DNA of 33,350 nucleotides from Aplysia californica (taxonomy: Eukaryota). The first letter of the stretch is position 1, and each line of letters opens with the position of its first letter. Below the pieces are notes generated by a model. It was not told the DNA's origin. It saw nothing but the letters and a program-made list of their open reading frames with translations, and searched no databases. This document shows positions 13,901-22,900 of the stretch, piece after piece. The DNA lies in contig NW_004797387.1 of NCBI RefSeq assembly GCF_000002075.1, forward strand, positions 59,296-92,645. Reading direction: 5' to 3'. The position numbers and the translations under genes are program-made.

Positions 13901-16900
13901 TTGTAAATGAGCTGAATCTTCCTGATGAGATTTGATATAATGATGTCTTCTTTGTTATAAATAGTTTTTTAAATATTTCCCCTCCCATTTATATGAAGAT
14001 GTGGTATTGGCAGTCATTCTCATCCACGATGGATTGTTTTTTTTACTCGACAGTGTCATAAAGATAAGTTCTCAGGGCTCAGCAATGTCTCTCTACCATT
14101 GGAGGATATTCAGAAGGTGAGTTGTCGGGAGCACAGCTGAGGAACAAACGTGATGCCACTGTGCTGACAATGTGGGGGGGCCAGTAATGGCAGAAATTTA
14201 GATGTATCGATACCAACATTTTCTACTTGGGTTAACCTTAGCCTGCATAATGGAAGTCTTATAGATCCGGGCGGTGCTTATTTTTAAGTTACAGAGCAAG
14301 GGTCAGATTGAGTATCAGGATTAGGTTCAGATAAAGATTGGGGTTGGTGTTAGGGCTAGTGTTTCAATGTTAACAGAAGTTTTTAACGTCATTTAGTTTT
14401 CAAGCGTTCCATTCAAGATCCATGGGTATGTTTTAAGATCAAAAGCAAGGCAAATGAACAGACTTTAAGATTATACAAATAACAATATTTTTTTAGAGTT
14501 TCACGTAATCTTCCTGTAGAGTTGTGCACAGGATAAACAGTGCCTTTTCCTCTCTCTCTTTCTCTTTCCCCCACGGTGTGTTCAGAAACAAAAGGATCAA
14601 TCATCAGACAACGTGACACCAGCTTCGAGTGGCAGCAACAGCAGTTTTCTGTCCCCCGGTTACCTGGCTGATAACTCGCTGACTAACACACCCATCACTG
14701 GACGCTTCCCGGAGCCAGGGGAGAGAGCCAATGGTGGCTACTCTTGTACCAAGGTGAGAGAGGTGCTGATGTGTGTAGTAGTCGCATGTTTTTGTGACCC
14801 TATTCCTCACTAGAATGCTCAAATACCCACAACGGTGCTATTTGTAATTGTTGAGTTCCAACTCCTCCCTTTTCAACACTTTTAACGAGAGGTTGCGTAG
14901 TCGCTTGCCAATAAAGAAGTTTTGTTTTTTTTTAGAAAAAAAATATCTCTCTGTTACATTGAAGGCAGCCTTGGCATCTATGTTTCCTGAAAGTTTCATG
15001 TCAAAAGGATGAAAACTAAGGAAGGAGTAGGGGGAAAACTGCCAAAAAATGACATTTTGAGAAAAATGACAATTATTGTGAACATTCAAAGGCGATTTCC
15101 GACGACAATAGACTCAATTGTCTCCTTGTTATTTTTAGACAAAGAACTGGTTGATCTTCAAAAATCAGCCAACATCTGAATTTGCACAGCTTGACCCAAA
15201 ATCGGCCAAACTGAGGGTCGTTCCTCCCATTCAGATTGTTTTTGAGATGGAGTCTTCAATTTTTCAGGAAAAGCTTTTGAAGCTTAAATTGTTTGTTTTT
15301 TCATTTCTTCATCTAGTGTTTATGAGCTTTCTTAGTTTTTTCTAGGGCTGAACGTCTATGAGTGTTTCAATTTTCTTTTTTTCATCGCAAACAAGTGTTA
15401 AGCATCCCCCTTTTCCTCAACATTAGAGTGTTCTGTACAATTGTTGGTTAGCAGTTTTCACCCGCACAGCGCGCAGAGTGCGCAACACTTATGCCCACGA
15501 ACCAGGATACAGACGCAGCACACGCTTTATCACACCGTCGCCGATGGACGTCCCGTGGGGGCAAAGTGTTAAGCTCGTTGCTTTGTGTGCAACAGACATG
15601 GGTTTCTTTTCCATCTGAGAAAGTGTTTCTTATCAAGTGTCTCGGTACCGACGTTTGTGGGGTAGTGATTAGGCATTTTGCCGTAGCACCCAGAAGACCA
15701 CACAAGTTTTATTTCAATGCAGGGAGAATCTTCTTCAAGTATCTTCACTGACTGCTGGGAAGTTGCATTTCTCTTAGCACAATCTGTCCCTGACAAGTAG
15801 GGTCGAAGCCGCCCTCCTCCCAGATGGTCTAAAGTGTGTTGATGGGGGCATAAAAACAACTACAGTTAAATATATCATTACAAGTACCTCCGTTTTCTTG
15901 TATGTTGTATGCTACTAATCCTGGGTTGGAGGATTAAGTCAACCGGCTCCACAAACGATCTAACCTTGACGTCAGTGAGGGCGTAAAATGTCGACAATTG
16001 TTTCTTCTCCTCAAACGGGTGGTTGGAGGGTGCTACTGGTCAGTCTCACTTCTTTTACTACCTTCGTTTTTTCTGACCATCTTGTCTTAATTTTTCCCCT
16101 GCACCGAATTACCGTTAGTGCAAATGAACAAACAAACAAATTTAAAGAAACTTCCTATATATCTCAGTGCCATAAGAGTTTCAGCCTGCACCAAAAGATG
16201 GTTATTGTGTCAATGTGCTTCTTTTTACTCAAGCAAACGAACAAACAAATGAATTGAAATAAAGAAACTTCCTATATCTCAGTGCCGTAAGAATTTCAGC
16301 CTGCATATATGATGGTTATTGTGTCAATGTGCTTCCTTTTACTCACGCAAACTAACGCGCAGATGTGTCTCGACGCAGTGGAATAAGGCGCTCGTCAGTT
16401 TTTGGGCATATGGAGTTATCTGTAGCATCTTAGAGACTGTTTATTTGCTTTCCTTTTGGTGGAAAAAATATCCTTCTATGTTGAATAGAAGTCGAAATAT
16501 TTGTGATTGAAGGAGGTCAGGGTTGACTGGTTGCAGAGGTAACATTATCGAGAAAATGGTCGCCAAAGTTTGGTGACTTCCACAGCTTAAGAGTCCTTGG
16601 AAACTGCAAATTTACATTTTTTGTGCCTTTACTGAACGTTTTTCCACAAAGTCCATACGTAAAAGTGTGTTTGACTTGACATACAAGGTGTTGAGCCAAA
16701 AAATAAAAATTTGAAAAAATGTCTAAACTGGCCGAAAAAATATGCAGATTTTTCAGATTTAATTCTTTTGACGAGCGCCTGATTTCACCACGATAGCTCA
16801 CAAATAGAAATAAAGAAACTTCCCCCTTCTCAGTGCCGTAAGAGTTTCAGCCTGCACCAAATGACCGTTATTGTGTCGATGTGCTTCTTTGTACTCAAGC

Positions 16901-19880
16901 AAACGATCAAACAAACAAATAGAAATAAAGAAACTTCCTCCTTCTCAGTGCCGTAAGAGTTTCAGCCGGGAGTACCTCCTCCAGCGCCACATGCGCATCC
17001 ATCAGAACCAGAACTCCTTCTGGTGTCCTGACTGTGAGAGTGGCTTCAGTGGGGAGACAGATCTCATGGAGCACAGGAGGGTACGTTTACCTACCTCTCT
17101 CCACGCTTGTTTTCGGCCTTTTTTCTGGCACGATTAAGGTTGTTCATGTACAAACAACCCTTTCTGCGCCAATCTAGGAAGTATCGAATGGTATTATACC
17201 CTCGGCAAAAACGCCCTTTTTTAATGCTTACACTTGCTTTCTTTCTTTCTTTTTTTAAAAGAATTTCAGACCCATCTTCATGTACTTATTCTTTTGTCTT
17301 CATTTTCATATACAGTCGAGTCAAACCTGCTCTAACGGCCACCTGTTCGAGACAGTCATCTGTCCAAACGAAGACTTATTGTGGGTTTTTTTTATATATC
17401 ATAACGACTCTGTCAAAGACATCCACCTGTCTAAAACAACCGTTCTCCTCAACAATTGGTACCCATCTTGGATAATTTTGCGTTTAATGCTTAACGCACA
17501 GATTAAATGTGCATATGTGGACAAATTATATTAAATGAAATTGATCAAAATTATTTTTAGCCTCCACGTCCCTCACGAGGCCCCCCCACTTTATGGCTAT
17601 GGCTCATAAATGTCTACTTTATTTGCTGTACTTCATTTGATAAAATAAGTCCTGTGATTGTGTCATGTAATAATTATATTTCTGACATTGTGGTGACATC
17701 AGGCTCTTTACAAAATAATGAAGTTGGAAAATAAACAAAACTTTTTTCTACCCTTAAGGCAAATTTCTTCAAAATTTTTGTTTTGGACCCTGGCAACTTT
17801 TGTCTTTTAAAGAGACATTCCTGCAAGGATGTTATTTGAAAAACATTGATCAAAGGCACAGAAAATGGAGAATTTCAGTTTCCAAGGACACTACAACTTT
17901 GAAAGTCACAATTGTGCAGCCATTCTCTCGCAAATTGCTAGTTTTACCTCTGACACAGGCGACCCCTTTCCCCCCCCCCCCCCCCCCCACCTCATTCAAT
18001 GGCAAATATCTCAACTTCTGTTCATGATAGATGGGTATTTCTTTTCCATCAAAGGTTGGGTATTTTTTTTTCATCAAAAATAGAGCAGGTAAACAGGAGT
18101 TCCAATTTATACGAATAGCTCAATAGCTCCGTATGCATGAAAATTGGGATGTGTGCGTGCGATTCCACACTATTGTAACTCATGCGGAATTGTACATAAC
18201 TTTGTGGTGTGTTTCAGGCATGTCACGGGACCCCCAAAGTCTCGGATGAGCAGATGAAGTATTCTAACCTGCTGAACAGCCTGTCCGCCAGTGTCTACGA
18301 CCAGTCGGCTGCAGCAGCCGCAGCGGCAGTGGCCGCCGCTGCTCAGAGCAGCAAACTAGTGGTCGCCAACAGCGACTCCAACAACAACAACAGCAGTGGC
18401 AACGACAACAACAACCTGACGTCTGCTACAGCAGCAGCCGTGGCTGCCGCCAAGTCTGGTCTCCCCGCGAGCACGAGCCAGCGTCTGGGGCTGTACCCTC
18501 CCATGGTGGACATGAAGGCTATCGACCTGCGACACGGGGAGGAGGTGGCTGTGCGGATGGCTGCCGAGGTCGGGGATGCAGAGAGGGAGATGCTTGTGAG
18601 TTGTTGAATATGGTGGAAGGTTGTGTAGTGCCTCGGGTTGCTAGATGCAGTGGGGATTGTTAAGTACTGTGAAGGTTGCTCAGTTAATATTGTGTGTGTG
18701 TGTGTGTGTGTGAATGCAGTTTTGTGTGTGTGTCTGTATGTGTTTGTTTGTGTGTGTGTTTGTGTGTGTGTGTGTGTGAGTGTGAACAAAGTGCTTGTTT
18801 GGGTATGTTGATTTAGTTGCTCTCTTTGACTAGTTTTATATGTGTGTTTTTTTGTCCAGGTGTGTTAACACAATTGTGTGTGTGTGTGTTTGTGTGTTTA
18901 CTTTTTTGGTCCGGATATGTTAATGTTTTTGCACATGTGCATTAACAGTTGTGTGAGTTTACATTTTTTCCAGATGTGTTAACACGGTCACGTGTATTTA
19001 TATCATGTCCAGATGTGTTAACACAGAGTGTGTGTGTTTTTGTCCAGGCCCGGCAAGCTGTTCTTCAAGAGTTCCAGAAGAAGGCTCTGCTCATGAAAGC
19101 CATGGAGGCTCAGACAGACAAACGGACGGCCGGCACGGGACTTGACTTTGAGCAGCTGAAGAAAACGTTCCCCACTCTGGGACAGAAACAGCTGGAGGCG
19201 GTCACTTCCAGGATATTGCAGGTGAGTTAGTCCTGGTACAGTCCACAGGGAGTGCTCAGTTCTTGTGTTTACTCACTCACTGTTAGACTTGTTTCCTCAT
19301 TCTTGTTCTTACTCACTCATTGTTAGACTTTTTTCCTCTCTGTCACCCAACCATTTTGTCTGCCATTTTATTTTTGCTGACTGTATCCAGAAAATTGATT
19401 TTTAAAATTTTGTAAAGAGAAACTCAAGTGTGATATACGGTGGAGGCTGCTTAAACCAAACACAGTTTATCTGAAAAAAGTGATCTATGGAAAGGAAATA
19501 GAATACCCAAATTTTTTTCATCTCTACTTCAGCAGCCTCTCTTGACTAAAAACCAGGCTGAACCGAAGAAAATCTAATGGTCCCAGAGATTTCAGTTTAA
19601 GAAGACTCCATCCTATATCAACATGCAATGAAATGAATATTTTATATCAGACAGTTTAAAGAACAAAAAGAAACCTGAGCATATAATAATTGTATGTGAG
19701 TGTGGGAAGTCTGTGGAAGCAAAGATATTAAGAATTTGTTGAGCTGCAAAATATGGCTTATGGCCATAGAGCATGGGTTACACAAGCTGCAAACTGCAGC
19801 TGGTGGTGGGAAATGAGTGAAGCATCTTCTAATGGTGAAACAAGTGGAAACGGGTAGGGTCACAAATACTCTTTATTGTG

Positions 19881-19924
<44 letters not shown>

Positions 19925-22900
19925 TTGTGTTATTGTGTGCCACTGTATTTTTCTCACATGTGCCATCTTTGTACAAATTTCTCTAGGGGGATAAATAAAA
20001 TTTCCTTTTTTTTTTGGTTGTTTCTGCCTGTCTTGCTTTTCCCTGCATTAAATAACCATTATTGTGTCGATGTGTTTTTCTTTACTTGAACAAACAAACA
20101 AAAATGTGTGTTTCCTTGTGGTAACCCAGGAGAACGAGAAGATGCGCCTGGCTCTGCTGAAAGCCGCATCAGAGGAAGAACAGCGTCAGAGGAAGATGTT
20201 TGAGAAACTGAGTGAGAAGAAGAGGAGGGAAGAGCAGGAGGCGGCAGCAAGACTGCTGGAGGAGGAGAAGAGGAGGAGGCAGCTGGAGCAGGAGAAGCTC
20301 AAGGAGAAACTTGCCCAGGAGGGGATGGGGGACGTGACCGTGGTGATGCCGGATGCCCCACCATCGGACAGCGGCTCTGGGGATGACGGGGATGCCCGGG
20401 CTGGAGCAGGCCAGGTGGAGGAGGAGACGGAGACAGCCGTGGATTTCTCTACCACTTCTTCCTCACTTCGCAAGTCGGAGGGTGTTGTCGCTGTAGCTGC
20501 TGCTGCTGCTGCCGTTGTTGGTGGTGGTGGTGGTGATGGTGGGAACGTGGTGAGATGCGAAGCTGGGAAGGCAAAATCTGAGGGGGGTGCTGAAGGGAAG
20601 GACACTGGCAGTGAAACAGCAGTCAGTGCAGGGGTCAAGCGAAGGTCACCTGTCCCGATCACAGGCTCAGGTATGTCAGTTCTATTAACTCAGCAAAAAA
20701 AAAGTAACAGTACAGGTTCTAGTGTATCGTGTTTTTTCCTTTGACATTTGAAAGCTCAGAACCCCCCCCTCAACTGGATATTTCAATTCAATTCAAACTC
20801 AAAACTCAAAATATTTCATTTCACACAAACCCAGAACATTCTGATCTAGATAAACTCAAAATGTCCCGGTTCTGACAAACTCAAAAATGTTCCAGTTCGA
20901 ACATACTACAAATGTTTTAATTCAGACTAAAAATGTTCTCAATTTTAAACTCAAAATTCATGTTCCAATTGAAACTCAAAATGTTCCAACTCAAAATGTC
21001 CCAGTCTGTGCAAACTAAAAAAAAAAAAAGTTCCTTTTCAAGCCACTTTAAAATGTTTCTAATCTAATTGGACAATGTAACAACTATTTCAGCTCCCCCT
21101 ACCAAAAGCAGACGCAAGGCGCTGAAGCCCCAGAGAATCAACCACTGTGAAGAAGAGACAGGCACCTCCCCGACATCTGAGACGCCGACGCCTGGTGGGG
21201 ATGTCGGTGTGGTCAAGATGGACACTGATCAAGCTGATGAATCAAGCTCCTCGTCTCCTGCCCACACTGCAGAGTCGAGTAATAAAAGTAAGTATTTCTC
21301 TTTCTTTCTTTTCTTTTTCTTTATTCTCTCTTTTCTTTTTTCTGTTCTTTTTCTATATTCTCTTTCTTTTTCCTGCTTTTGTCTCTCTTTAAAAAAAAAA
21401 AACTTTCTTTATTCTCTTTTTCTTTCTTTTTCCCGCTCTTATCTTTCTCTTTCATTCCCTTCTCTCTTTCTTTCTCTTTTCCTTTTCATGTCTTTCTTTC
21501 TCTTTTCTTCTCTGTCTCTTTTCTTTCTCTTTCATGGCTGGTTGGAGGCGCCACTGGTTGGTCTTCCTTTTTTCTTTCCCCTCTGCTGTTTCCCTAAGTT
21601 CCTATCTGTCTCACTTCTACCCTGCTCTTTACGACCATTGTTGTGTGGGTGTGCTTCTCTTTACTCAATCTGGAAAACTTTTTCTTTTTTATCTTTTTCC
21701 TTTTTCTTTTTCCCTCTCTCATCTATTCTTCTCTTTCTTTTCCTCTTTTTTTGCTCTTTTCCCCTTTCCTCCCCTCTTTTCTCTTTTGTGCTTTTTTTGC
21801 ATCATGTGTCAAGAGGTTTCCGTCTTTCTGTGGATGGTTTCGAGATGGAAGAGGTGATGGCTGTGGTGGTTTTGGTCAAGAAGAGCTCTGTGAAATCCCG
21901 TTAGGCTAACTACCTTTGCTAATACTTTCTCCAGGGATTCTTCAGCTATTTCGGAGCAATTGGAAGAAAGGAGAATGTCCAATATCAATGTAATCGGAAG
22001 CGAAACTTCAGTTCAGTTGAGGAACGGTACTTTTTTTCCGTTTCCACCTTTTCTTCCTTCCTCCTACCCCCCCCCCCCCCCCCCCACCACAAAAAAGAAC
22101 GAAAATTTTTCTCCAATTTCTTCCCCCCCCCCCCCCCCCCCACCCCTCAGACAAGTTTGTCCAGATCCACCCGGCCCACTTTGCCTCCAACACTCTGTCT
22201 CAGCTCAATCAGCTGGCCAGTATTGGGGCCATTGGCCTCGCCCCGGCCACTCCCCTCTCAGAACTGGCCCGGAAACAGCTGGCGGCGGCCGTGACCTCTC
22301 GCGGAGGAATGGGGTCGCTGGTGGTGACCCCGAGTGGCCTCAAGTACATGGACAAGGCCATCCCTGGCTACGACCAGGCGGCTCTCCCCATGCTGTTTGG
22401 CAGTATGAGTGGTGGTCAGATTTTGAACGCCAGCAGCAGCAGTAGTAATGGTGGGAGCATCAACAACAACAACAACAGCAGCACCGCCAACATGGCTATA
22501 GACTTGAGTACAACGGACAGCGGAGGAGTGAGACAGGGAGGTGCCAAACCCTCTGTGAGCAGCCCGCCGCCTTCCAACTATGAGACCTACATGCGGGAGA
22601 TGAACTTGCTTAGCTCTGCTCCCTCTTCCTCCTCCACTGCAGCACCCGGCCAGGCCACAGACTTGAGTCAGAAGTCGAGCAGCGGTGGGAAGAAGAAAAG
22701 CAGCAAGAGCTCCCTTTCTCGCAGCAACAGCCACGAAGTTCGCTCGCTCACAGAGGGGGGAGACCACAGTTCCCAGGACTTGTTAGCAGCGGCTGCCACA
22801 GACCTCTCCAAGACATCCTTGCTCAACGTTCAGATCCCGTCTTTGTCCAACCCGACAGCTGCCTCCGCAGTTCTCCTGTCCAAACTGGCGGCCAGTCAGC

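Noticed and set aside
14880-15990. Possible larger DNA-transposon remnant (aagtttcatgtcaaaaggatgaaaactaaggaaggagtag; CpG-rich 15460-15560)
   Set aside because: Looks repeat-derived, but I found no termini, second copy or transposase motif.
19258-19338. 40-bp tandem duplication containing ACTCAC, complementary to the nearby GTGAGT donor
   Set aside because: Only 6-7 bp of complementarity, expected by chance.
21288-21904. Hydrophobic Phe/Leu/Ser extension of ORF 21068..21904 resembling a membrane protein
   Set aside because: It is the CT-rich intron after the GTAAGT donor at 21288.
20186-22767. Minus-strand ORFs 20186..20662 and 22258..22767 (also 18343..18789 and 10654..10947)
   Set aside because: Antisense shadows of GC-rich + strand exons.
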